NCBI GenBank assembly: GCA_013265495.1
Contig: MU057801.1
Coordinates: forward strand, 1,915,879 to 1,979,878
Length of the DNA stretch: 64,000 nucleotides
From: Vicugna vicugna
Lineage: Eukaryota
Direction of reading: 5' to 3'
Part shown: piece after piece, positions 47,251-58,762 of the stretch
How the letters are laid out: each line of letters opens with the position of its first letter
How positions within the stretch are numbered: position 1 is the first letter of the stretch
Program-made: the position numbers and the translations under genes
Notes under the pieces: model-generated
The model's database searches: none
What the model was told of the DNA's origin: nothing
The model's input: the letters and a program-made list of their open reading frames with translations, nothing else

Positions 47251-50200
47251 CTTAGGTAAAGGGAGACGTTTAATTTTTAAGAAAAAGTGACATTGTACCC
47301 TGGTTGCTGCCTCGGCGGGGATGATGGGCGCCTGAGTCTCAGGATCTTTGTAGTAGAATTAAAAACAGAATTGAGAATAAATTTCCTTCCTAGGGGGTGG
47401 GGGAGCGGGGGAGCGGGGGGGGCAATTTAGAGGTTTTTCATTTTCTAAACGCTTCAATTTAAGCAAACACTCGGGGGCTCCAGGCCGCTGTAATTCCAAA
47501 GACAATTTTCCCAGGTTTTAATTTGATTTGCATTTTTTCAACTTTGATAATATTCAATTTCATGGCTGAATACACAGGTAAACACTGTTAGGTCGTGTTT
47601 TTCACCTCTGCTCCAAACAGAATGTCGCCTGCCTGGGAGCCGCGGGAGGTTGCAGACCCGTCGCAGCCATGTCTGCAGCTTTCTCCTGAGTTATTTTCCC
47701 AAACGTAGCCTGGCTCACCCGGGCCCCAGAAGCGGGGATCTATCAAAAACAGCTGAACCGCTCAGCAGGTCTGGGGGGCCCGACCCATTCGTGGCCTAAA
47801 GGAAGGAGGCAAACGGACCCCTACTCTACGCAGAAACTATTCTATTTTATCCAGAAACATTTTTAAAATTTTATTAGTAGTTTTAAGGAATTGATCCACA
47901 TACTCGCTTCCCCCAAAAATGCCGTTAGTGTAAATCTCACAGCTAGAAAGGCAAACACTGAGGAACACAAAGAGACGGTCTTTGTGGCAGAAGTCTAATT
48001 AGCGCCCTTGAGCTACTTTATCAAACGTAGAATTTAGAGAAAAGTATGGAGTGCAACTGGGTAATTAGCTTTTGTCACATCAAAGCTGATTTTTAACAAA
48101 ATACCACTGTTAGTAAGCACGGAGCCAGGATGCTGGGAGCTGCGTGAGAGCAGCGACACTGAAGACTAACCCCAGTGGACGGCAGTCCTCGGACACACCA
48201 CACGCCGGACATCGCCCGGGGGGCTGTGGAGCCTCGTCAAATACGCAGGTGGATTGGCACGTTATAAATCTATCAAAACTCCAAGTGCATGTATGGTGCT
48301 TCACAGCATTGTGCTAGAAAGGTGCAAAGAAAGGACACACTTCACTGGTTTATCCAGAGGTACTTACATAATAAAATAATTCTCTAGTTTCAGGAACTAT
48401 CCCTCATTGAAAGAAAAAAAATACATATATCTGCTTTTTGTCCGTTACTGTGGAATACTCAATACTGCTATTTCTATTTTAAATCCTGAAAATTTACTAA
48501 TTTGAATGTTTTATTTTCTAGGATTTTTTTTAAATTGGAGAGGTCCTGGATAATGTTAGTGACTAAAAATTTAAAAGAGATTAGAGTTTTGGCATCTGGG
48601 AAAGAACAGATCCAGAAATTACATTTGCGAGACTTTCAAAACAACCTTTTTGCTTGAGGCTGGCTGGTTTTGGAAAACTGGATTGAGGTGATCTCATTTG
48701 CAAAATATTTTTTTATCGTATGAAAGGGATTTAAGCAAGAAAGACAAGAAAGGATTTCATTTGAAATAGTCTCCGCTTTGAAAGAGAAAACGCCTTAATT
48801 TTTTTGAAAACACCGTCATAGCAGGCTGACTGCACTGAATGTCTTCAGGAAAACTCTTCTTTACCATTTGACTTTAAATGTTTTTTAATATGTAATTATT
48901 GAATTTAAACATAGCATTCCTTAGGGTTCGCCTTACTCTTTTGCACTGTGGGGAACTGGCAGTTACAACTTTCTGTTTATTTCACAGGAGTAGATGGCAG
49001 AGTGTGACGTTCCGAAGACAGAGCTCCTCCTGGAAAAACAGCTGGGGGGGGGGCTTGACTGTAACACACCGTCTGCTCAGAGAGTAACTGATCGCACCCC
49101 AGAGGGACATCTTTCTCTATCCCTAATTGTGGAGTAAATGGGGACCTTGTGAAGAGTCTAAAACGTATATACATCATTAGAGTAAATTTGCCAATTTCAC
49201 TTGCTTTTACCCCCCAAAGAGGTCTGTGCCCAGGACCCAGGACCGTGGCCTTGGTGCCAGAGCAGCGCTCAGGCAGCGCTGACGGTGGGTCGCCCCCACC
49301 TCCAGCTGTGTGCAGCTGGGTCTGAGCTGCTGCTGGCCTGGCCCACCGAAGACTGAGGGGCCAGCGGGGCTGGGGGCAGGGGGGCCAGGGAGGAAGGGCC
49401 CAGGGCGTCCCTGGAGTGTGTCTTAGCAGGTGGACTTCCAGAGCTGGCAGCAAAGGGGGCCTAAGTCCCTGTAGGGAACTTTCCTTGCAGACTTAGGACC
49501 TTGGGAGGCTGTGTCCTTTGGGAGAGACGTAAGTCCTCACTGGCTCGGAGGAAGAAGTGGCCCCCCCAAAAGACCCAGCTGCTGGGGGGAGGCTAACTGA
49601 GGATGCTACAGAGGGCCTGTGGTCTGGCTGTCCCTTCGAGGCTAACAGGAGACTGAGGGAAGGGAGGAGTGTGGAGGGGGGTGAGAGAGAGAGAGGGAGA
49701 GGGATTCCGCTGAACGCAAGGGCGAAATCCCGCAGTTACTTTGGGTTGTTTACTGAGTAAGGACAAAATCTAAACAGCGCTTTCCACAGTCAATGATGGG
49801 ATCGCCTCGGGTTCCAGAGCTGAGCCCCTAAATGAGTCTGGCGTCCTGATAACTGCAGGTCAGCACCTGAGATCAGCCCTCCCCACCGCTCGATGCTGCA
49901 AGAGATAGGGAGGCCTCCTGTTTCTGAGCTCCTGGAAGGAAGGCAGCGGCGGGAAGGGGATTTAATTGTCTGCCTGGGTGAATCGAAACGTCCTTTAAAG
50001 CAAAGAAATCAAGAGAGATCGGCCTTTAATTGGCAAACTCCGCTGGCAGGAGGGGCCCGGGATTGAAGGGAAGAGAGGAGAAGACACCGACCCGCATCCC
50101 CCAGCTCGCGGACCCCACGGACAAGCCCTGGGAACGCGCCTCCACTCCGCTGCCGTCCAAGAAAGCTGGGTGCCTGGTCTGCCCATGGGGCACGGCCCTC

Positions 50201-53124
50201 CCCACCTCAGGCTAAGGCCTCTGTCATCAGTTTGGGGGGCGGGGTATGGTTTACTCTAGAACTGCATTCACTTCCAAGCCTCAGTCCTCTGGGAGACCTA
50301 GTTGTATGCGGAGCTGGCCTTAGAATCTGGTGGTCCAGAGCGTCCCCTGAAGTCCCCGAGGGAAGGTGCTGTCTGCAGGAAATCCCACCCCACTGAAAAC
50401 GGACAGTCCGGGAAGCTTATCTTCCAGCAAGCTGGAAAGGAAAGGAGACCTCCATGCCGGGGAGGCTGGTGCTCAGCCACCTCTGCCTTGCACACCCGTG
50501 TATCTGTATGCAGCTCAACGATGCACACTCGGCTGGGGTGTCGCTCCTCCCCCAGACTGCAGGCCTACTGAGTGCTGGGTCCCCGCCTCCCTCCGTGTTG
50601 GAAGCAGTTCAGGCAGCCTGGGCCAGCATCCTCTTTGGGGCCAAACCTAGAGGCAGGTGTTTGTCCGCATCTGCATCCATGTGTGACCTGGGGAGGCAGC
50701 TGTGGGGGGCAGGGGTGGGGGCCTGGCGGCTCCAGCAGCTGTGGCCCCAGAGGAGGTGCCCCCAGCTGTGGGCACTCCAGCGGTGCTGTCACCTGGGCCA
50801 TAGGGCCACCAGGTGCGGGTCAGGGGGAGGTCAGAGGCAAGAGGCTCTCAGGACCGTCCTGGTCCCAATCCAGACCCCCCCGCCCCGCCCCACCGGGAGC
50901 ACAGCTGACAGGCTGCACCTCGTGCGTGGCGTGTTTTAGGCCCAGATGTCAGGTTCCAGTTTCTGCCTCGGGCATTTTCTCTCTCTAATCACACACAAGG
51001 CAGGAGCCACCTCTCTGCCAATTCCCTCCCAGCCCCCTCTCTTCCCGCTCCAGCCATGGCCCCGGAAGGTTGAAGGTTGAAGGTTGTAGGGGAGCGGTCT
51101 CGGCCCAGCCGTGACTGATGCTCTGGCCGGGCCAGCTCTGGGGCCATGGTTGCATGGGAACTCCAACTCCGAGAGAGAAAGAGAGAAGCCAGCCTGACCC
51201 CAGACACAACCCACCTGACCCCTTCTGGGACTGCGGGCGGGGCCTCTGCCCTCCTTCCAGGGGGTGCCCGGCCTCCTCCTCTGGCCACCTTCTTGTTTGT
51301 CTCTAGACGTTTCGGCCTCCCCCTTTGCCACCAGCAAGTCACTTTGAAAATTTGAGGGTCCTGGCGAAGACAGGCTTCCTACTGCGCTGGAATCAGAGAG
51401 GTCTGTGCCCAAGTCATACGAAGAAGCCAAGAGAAGCTGAGAAGAACGCAGAGATGAAAGGCTTGAGCTCAGCGCTGTGCTCTGGGACCGGAGCCTTTCC
51501 CCAGACTTCTGAGGCCCGTCGCCCATTAACCCGCGGGGGGGGATTTTGATGAAGGAAAGAGGAGGGGACGTTCAGGGGCTGGGGCGAGGGTGGGAGAGAC
51601 ACTAAGGTGCTGGAAAGAAGGGCACCGTTTTGCTGAGAAATGGGCTCCTTTTACTTGGGTGGAGGGTAAATGTTCTCCACCAGCAAGCCGTTGAGGTTGC
51701 AACTTCTTTCTGTGGGTGAGCAGCTAATCGCAACGCAGCGCAGAGCTGCAGGCTAAGTAGACAACACCTGGTGGGGCCGGGCTCCTTTATCTGAAATTTC
51801 TGAGACTGGATTTTACAAAGCGAGGCAAGCAGGACGCCGGAGCAGAGGGGCGCATTGTAGAGCGTCCACAAGCTGACACCCTGATTTCTCCGCTAGAGGT
51901 GCCTCTGGCCTCCTTACAGAGCCTCCTTCAGCCCAGGTCCTGCCCCTCCACCTGCATCCTTCACTGAAAATGTCATTTCAACACCGCCTCCCCTCCCTGG
52001 TAATTCAGCTCCCCCGCTGCCTGTGGCAGAGCTCCCCAGTCCTCTCTGCCAGCCCCTTCCCAAGACTGTGGGATCTGGTTTCAAGTGATGCGCTTTTCAC
52101 ACCCGAATCCTCAAATTAGGAACCGCATGCTTTTCTTTACACAAACAAAAATTTCTCAACAAAATCCATGATGTAGTTATGTCTGCTTTGCGAAAGGAGA
52201 AGGCATACTGAGTCAACGTCATATGTCTAATGAAATAAGAAGTCGAAACGTACGCACATGCAGTCTGACGTGGATGTGCCGGGGCCACTGCCACCTTGGT
52301 CTGAAAAACATTCGTGCTTCTTCTCGGAACCTGGGTTTTTACTGTTTTTTTTCAAATAAGTGACACAACGGAAAAGCTGGTTTACCCATGAAGCTGAGCA
52401 GAAGTGGAACTAAAACACAGCAAACAATTTTCATTCTGAAGTTTTAATCTACAAAATACTCCAGGACTTTCCCCTCACGCATAGGTGTTTGTGAGGCTGA
52501 AATTGCCCCCAGTTCACCTGACGTGTTGAAGTTTAGTAAGTCCAGCCTTGCCGGCAGGAACGTCAGTGCCGCCAATGAGCTTCAGGAGAGAGTTGGGCCC
52601 CAGGCACTCGCCCTCGTGAGAGCTGAGAACCCCTGGTTTTGCATGAATGGCTGCAACTTAGTTTGTGTTGCAGTTTGCAGCGCTCTGGCTATCGGCTGTG
52701 TTCTCTGCCAGTAAAATACCCACCTTCTTTAGAGAAAGAGAGAGAGGTGCGTGAAGGGTAAGTCAGTCAATGCCTTTTAACGGGAACCTGGCGAGGAGCG
52801 GGCATGAGTGACAGTGACATCTGACCAGTGTCCGTGTCTTATTGGCAATGAGCTCGGAGCTCTGAGGAGCCGCCACGGATGTGAAAATTAAGCACACTGC
52901 TGTGAAGATGGGCCTGTGAAACCACCCTGTCCTCCCCACCTGTGCACAAGAGGGACCTTGTGGCATTTCCATCTGCAGATGGTACACAAAGAATCTGGAC
53001 TGAGCCCCAGGGGTGCCGGGGCTGGGGGCGGGGTGGGGAGGAGGCACCTCCAGTCTGGCAACGAGACCACGGAGGAATGGCAGCTTGTAAGCTAAGCCTC
53101 CATCAGTCTCCCCGGAGACAGCCG

Positions 53125-53152
53125 GCCTCAACTTGGGTGTTCCCCGCTCGTT
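53125..53152 (-). promoter_or_regulatory. GLI-binding site of the Foxa2 3' floor-plate (Shh-responsive) enhancer
   Basis: Minus strand AGCGGGGAACACCCAAGTTGAGGC, core GAACACCCA at 53142-53134. Core and flanks resemble the mouse Foxa2 3' GLI site used in 8xGliBS reporters. It lies ~10 kb 3' of the promoter, as expected. Confidence 0.85.
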
Positions 53153-54579
53153 AGCCTCAGCCCTCCCATCACACGTTGTTGGTTTTCTGTGTGTGGCTTT
53201 CGGTGTGAGCGTGTTAGGCCATCAGCAGATACAATGGCAGGAGGGGGTGGGGGGGCACCCGCGGTTGTTTTAAAGAAGAAAGGAGAGAAAGGATGAGAGC
53301 GCAGGCAGGAAGGCTGTGAGCAGAATGGGGAAGATGCCCAGGCTTTAGGCTTCCGAGGCAACCCCTGGAGTGCGGGGGCAGAGCACTCCCTGGGGGCTTC
53401 ATCTAAGGGACAAGCAGCGCTCCAGGAGCTGGGGACCCCATGGAGCGCCACCAGGGACACCACCCAGTCCCTGAAGTGTCTGCTTGCTTGTCTCTGGAGG
53501 GGCACCTGTAACATCCTGCCCACATCCGATGCATCTCATCAAAGAGGAATTTCTCAAAAAAATCCGAATGATTGTGGCCACTGGGGGAAGGACAGGCTCC
53601 CAGGGGCGGGGAGCGGGGGGCCTTGCACACACAAGCAGGTTCAGGCGGGCCTCTCCTCGTCCATTAAACACTGCTTCTGCAGCTCTCCTGGGGATCTTCT
53701 CCTCCGCCACACGTCTCCTGTCCCTCTCTTCTCAGAGGTGGCAGAGGCAGTGAGAAACGTGTGGTCTGAAGCTGTAACACAAAGAGGGTGCTGTCTTTGC
53801 CGCTGAGGCGCGGTGTGTGTGGGTGCAGTGCGTTGTCTTCACTCACAAGGGGGCACGTGAGGCTCTGAGACCCCCAGGCATCTGTCTGCTTATTATAAAG
53901 AGGACATTTGATGCGGGAAGGAAGAGAAGATGGGTAATTAAATCAGTCACCTTTGGGAGAACTCGTGCTTTTGTTTTTTGTTTTTATCATTTCGCTGTAG
54001 CATCCCTGGGCCCGCCTGCGTTGCCACGGTGCTATGGCCAGGGCTGGTGTCCACTGTGTCCCTGACCCAGCAGAGGCATTCAGGGTCTGAAACCTTGCTC
54101 TTCTGCTGCAGCGGAGGCAGCGCAGTGGGGCTGGTGGCGTGAAGGGGTGTGTATGGGGGCGGTGTCCCCTCTGGGCGGCCAGATGCGTGCGGTGCCTGTA
54201 GGTTTTGGACACCAGCCGGTCCCACTGTTCTGCAAGGCCGGGTCCACGATGGGGGCAGGTGTGGGGCTCAGAGACGCTTCCCTTCCTATCTGCTCGCAGA
54301 AGGTGAAGATTCCCGGCCCCAAAGGCCCTAGTGCGTCCTCAAGACCGCTTCGGTCTGCACGTTTCAGGTCTGGTCTCGGCGACGCCCACACCAAGCTGGG
54401 AGGCCCTCCAGGCCCCCGGAGCTTGGCAGGGTGCGCTGCCCCAGAGGAAACCAGTTACCCAAGGCACCTCCGGGTGCCTCCTTGGGCAGACATCGCCCCC
54501 CCTGCCCTAGTGAACGTTCCCTCTCGCTTCTCCTCGCCCCACCCCCGCATTAAAAGGCCCCCAAAGCACTGAGGACCGG

Positions 54580-57320
54580 CTTCTCTTCATAAAGCCGAGA
54601 GAAGGCGCGCGATAAACATCAAGCGTTTAAATTGGCCATTTGGAAGATTACATCTCTTCAGCAAGGGTCTTTCTTTCAAAACTCGCACTGAATTAAGGGC
54701 CGCGGCCATTCCGCGCCGGCTCTCAAAGGCCGGGCACCCTTTAATGCGGCCGTGGACTGGGCCGGGCTCGGTGACCGGCCGCCATCAAAGGCCCGAGGGA
54801 AGGCCGTGGGGCGACACCGTCTAATGACAAGTAATTGACGGATTCGAGGCCGCGCATTACCAGCCGAACGGGGAGGCATTAATTATTTAAAAACGATTAG
54901 CCTCGCGTGTGTCCTGCCGGCGGTCCACCTTGTTCAGGGAAGAGAACCAGCCACGAGAGCCGCAGCCGGGCCTGGAGGGCGGCGGGCGCGCTCCCCGGTC
55001 GGCCTTGGGCGCGCTGGAGAAAGGCGCCAGGGAAGGAGGGAAGGGGCCGCCCAGGGCCCCCACACACGGAGGTGCCCGGAAGGCTGACCCTGGCAATTAC
55101 CGGGACCGGTATCTGCCCTTGGGGTTTAGGATCTGGCTGACTGCGGCGAGGACGGGAACAACTTTCCAGCTAGGGTGTCGGGCACTTTCGATGGGCCGGG
55201 ACCCAGCGCGCCTTACGTCCAGGCGAAATGCCAAACCGACCGAGCCGGCGGGGGCCTCTCACAAGCCGGATGCCCAGCCGCTGTAGAATGCAGAACCCCA
55301 AGGGAGAATGCAGAGTTCGGGGAGGGGGGCGTCTGGTAGACCCCGGAGGAAGGACACCTTTTCCTTCCCTGTCCCCTGAAGCCCAGGGTCCTGCGGTATC
55401 AACTGGCAGCCTCGGGACCACTGGTTTTCTGAGCAGGCGCCTTCCCGCAGGCGGCGGACAGATGCGGTCGGTTCTATCCGGCCCCCACAACCCGGTGCCC
55501 CGGAGCCAGTGCGGGGCGGGGAGTGGGTGACGAACGGCCTCACGGCCAGGTTTAGACTTCCCCTCCTGGACCTGGCCTGCGGCCCCAAGGCTCCCGGATA
55601 CGCCCGCGGTCGCGAGCGCTCTGCGCACAGGCCGTCAGCCCTTCTTTCGGCAAGAACGCAGTTCCCTCGCCGCTCGGAAAGGCGCGGGCCCTCCCCGGCT
55701 CCCGAGGCCAGGGCCCCTACCGCTGCCTGGGCCGCAGGGCTTCCCTGAACCGCCTAGACAGGACTCGAACCCGTGCGCGCCGCGGAACGGCCGCCCACTC
55801 CGGGCCACCGTTCCGCAGCCTACCGGTACCAGGGCGCCGTTCCCCGCCGCCCCCAGCCCGGGCTCTGAGGCCAAGGGAGGCCCCCATTCCCGCCCCGCCA
55901 CTATCCTGGGGCGACTACGGCCCTCGGATCGAATCCCCAGCCCGGAACGGATGTAGGGGCTCCACTAAACTTCCCAACGGCGCTCCGGGCCCCGGTTGCA
56001 GCCCAAGTGTGTAGCTTTTGGAAACCCCATCCTCCCACCCGGAACATTGTCAGAATTCCCCGCCAAAAAAACCACCTCCCCAACCCCAGGGTCTCCCTCG
56101 ACTTGGCTTCTCGCCCCTCTTCCCGCCCCCTCACCAGGCCTCGGAGCTCCGAGAAGGGAGAGGGGCTGGCTGGGGGAGGGGAGGCGCGCGGACGAGAGTG
56201 GGGGGCGGACGCTCGGCGGGGACCCGGCGCGGCCCCCGAGTGGGCGCGCTCCCTACCTGCGGGGCGGCGGGCGGCGGCGGCGGCGGCGGAGCGTCCAGCG
56301 CGCGGAGGGAGGCGGCCGACTGCTCCGAGCCGAGGCATCCCCGCATTTATTTGAGCTCAAACCCAGCGACTGTTGACTTTAGCACACAAAGCAAAGATTT
56401 CACTGCCCGCTAGTTTAAAAATGAATATTTTACCAAGATATCGATCAGCGTTATAAAATTCAGTTAAGTACAATGGGATCCTGGCAAAAAAAAAAAAGAA
56501 TAATAAAGGAGGGGGAGGCAATATGATATCTGTGCAAATTTGCCGAAGTGTGACGTGGCAGGGCAAGTTTACCCTCCTGGAATTCGGATCTACAATGTTT
56601 TTTTCGGTTGTTTACTGACTGTTTATTCACAGATCACGGTTGCTTAAACCCGCGCGCGGATGGCGCGGGGAAAAGGAAGAAAAAGAGGGAGAGAGAGGGG
56701 AAAGGAGCGGCGCGCCGGACCACGCAGAGCCGGGGGACGCGGGCGGAGGGCGGTCTGAGCGCCAGTAAGCCGGGCCCGGCGGGGGGGAGGGGCGGGGGAG
56801 GGGGCGCGAAAGGCGCTGGACGCGCAGAAAAGGCCCCGAGCGGCCAGCTCCCCGACATCCTTTTTATGTATTCGGACAGAACTATATCTTATCGGCCGGG
56901 ATCAGTGGAGGGGGGCGCACTAAGTAGTTTAAAACGACCCGCGCACAATGGGCGCGCGATAGGAAACAGAGCAGGTTAGGGCTGCGCTTTCAGCCTCCAT
57001 TGTCCCGCACTCGGCCCCCGGCCCTGCCTCTCGGCTCCTTCACCACGGGAGCCTTTTATGTGATAATGAAACACATTTCTGGCCGGGCTCACGACGTGTG
57101 TGTCCTTGCCCGGGGGGAGAGACGGCCCTGATTGCTGGCCGAGGCCTCCGGATTCCCCCCTCCCCAGTTGCTCTTCCTTGTGTCTTCGGGACAATGTGGC
57201 ATGTTAAAAAGGGATTTGGAGGCGGGAGGCGGAGGCGAGGGAAAACCCCCCTCAAGCGCGTGGGAAGGCCAGGGTTGGCGGGGCGAGACCCAGCAAGGTG
57301 GCAGAGGGCACTCGGAGAGC
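54580..57320. promoter_or_regulatory. CpG island and promoter/enhancer region of the downstream lncRNA
   Basis: Dense CpG with AT-rich, motif-rich cores at 54590-54900 and 56340-56650. Confidence 0.85.
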
Positions 57321-58519
57321 TGGTATCCACCAGGCTTGGGGCAAAGCTGGGACCCTCCAAGTTTGGATGGTTGAGAGGCCCAAAGATTTAGTCCCGGACA
57401 CAGGAGTTTGGGCTTAGAAAGCTGAAGCCGAAAGGCCTGGCCTCTGACTCTGCGGAGATTCTTACGCACTGCAAGCTAGCTGCGTCCTGGATGGCCCCAC
57501 GTTTGCGCGGTCCCCCACCCCGCTGGCTCCTGCCTCGCCGGCCAGCTTGAGGCCAGCAGATGCCTAGGGCAAAGCCAAAGCCAAAACCCCCTTTGCACAC
57601 TCAGGCCTGGCTTCACCTCCAAGGTTTCCATGTTGGTTGGCCGCGGATTCAGGGCCGCTCAGCTGTCTGTGCGGAGAGGCAGTACGATCCGTAAGATTTT
57701 ATTCTGGGTCTTTATACTTCCAGGTATTCCTTTAAGGATCACAAAATATCCACTCGTCCCCTCTAACCCCTGTAATCCTGGCTTGCCACGGGCCTGACAG
57801 GACCTTTGCAAGGGCAATGGTGTTTGTGGGGAGGGGGAGTAGAAGGGAGCAAACCTGCAGACCCTGAGAGCCCACCCTTTCCAGCTTCGCAAGACACCCC
57901 TTACCTCTGCCTTATCCCTCAATCTACCTACTTTAAAAGATTTCAGTCATGACCCTGAGATGCATTGTAATCACTTCCAGGAGAAAGTCTTTCATTTCTC
58001 CAGACCAGATGCTCAAATGCATGGTTCCAGAAGTCTGGCTTCTCCTGGCTACAGCAAGCTCTATCAAGGTTGTGCAGAACACCAGTAAAGGTGGAGGATG
58101 GAAGGGGAGGTAGGGTGTAGACAGAAGTCTCAGGCTGTAGAATCCAGGCAGGGTCCCAGCTCTACAGAAGGATGAGTGGGTGCAGAGAGACAGGGTGGAA
58201 AGGCGATGCGCTGCACCAGGAATGTGCAGATCCAATCTGGGCTCCCTGCCTTGAAGAGAGGCCTGGGATTGGAAATATAGGGGGGAAAAATAGTAAAATC
58301 CAGGCTTCTCCCCAGAGAGGCCGGCCCTGGGGCCCAAGGGATGTCAGCAACACTGCGTCTTCACATGGCCCAGGTGGGAAATAGGGGTACATGGTTTTCT
58401 GCATGCTTTGGAGGCAAACCTGCATCGACGCCATGGGGCGGTTCACCTGGAATCTGTGAGTTTCACTGTGTAAAGTTAAACTCAAAATTCAAACAGTAAC
58501 CACGAACAACATTGAGTTC

Positions 58520-58762
58520 TAGTAATGATGTGCTTGCTGAACTGTTACGGGGGAAGTGTACTGAAGTCTAAAATTTCCTTTGAAATGCATCTAGGAAAAG
58601 AAGATAAATGGATCAATGGAGGCGTAGATAGATGGACAGATATGCAATGTGACAAGTTTAGCGAAATGTTAACTGTAGGATCTGGGCAGTGGGTACACGT
58701 GTGTTTACTGTAAAATTCATTCAACTTCAGTATGTCTGAAAATGTTAAGAATAAAATGTTGC
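58520..58762 (+). mobile_element. Old L1ME-type 3' end abutting the FOXA2 3' end in antisense
   Basis: GTGTACTGAAGTCTAAAATTTCCTTTGAAATGCATC...GTGTTTACTGTAAAATTCATTCAACTTCAGTATGTCTGAAAATGTTAAGAATAAAATGTTG. Confidence 0.7.

Larger units (their letters stand above)
38555..56330 (-). ncRNA. LINC00261: Probable ortholog of lncRNA LINC00261 (DEANR1); exon boundaries only partly inferable
   Basis: Synteny: starts ~2.4 kb downstream of FOXA2 on the same strand and spans ~18 kb. CpG-island promoter, donor CAG|GTAGGG at 56256-56255, and AATAAA (minus) at 38584-38579 followed by U/GU-rich sequence. No credible long ORF. Short stretches (40367-40385, 40466-40487, 46276-46296) resemble human LINC00261 as I recall it. 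Confidence 0.7.
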
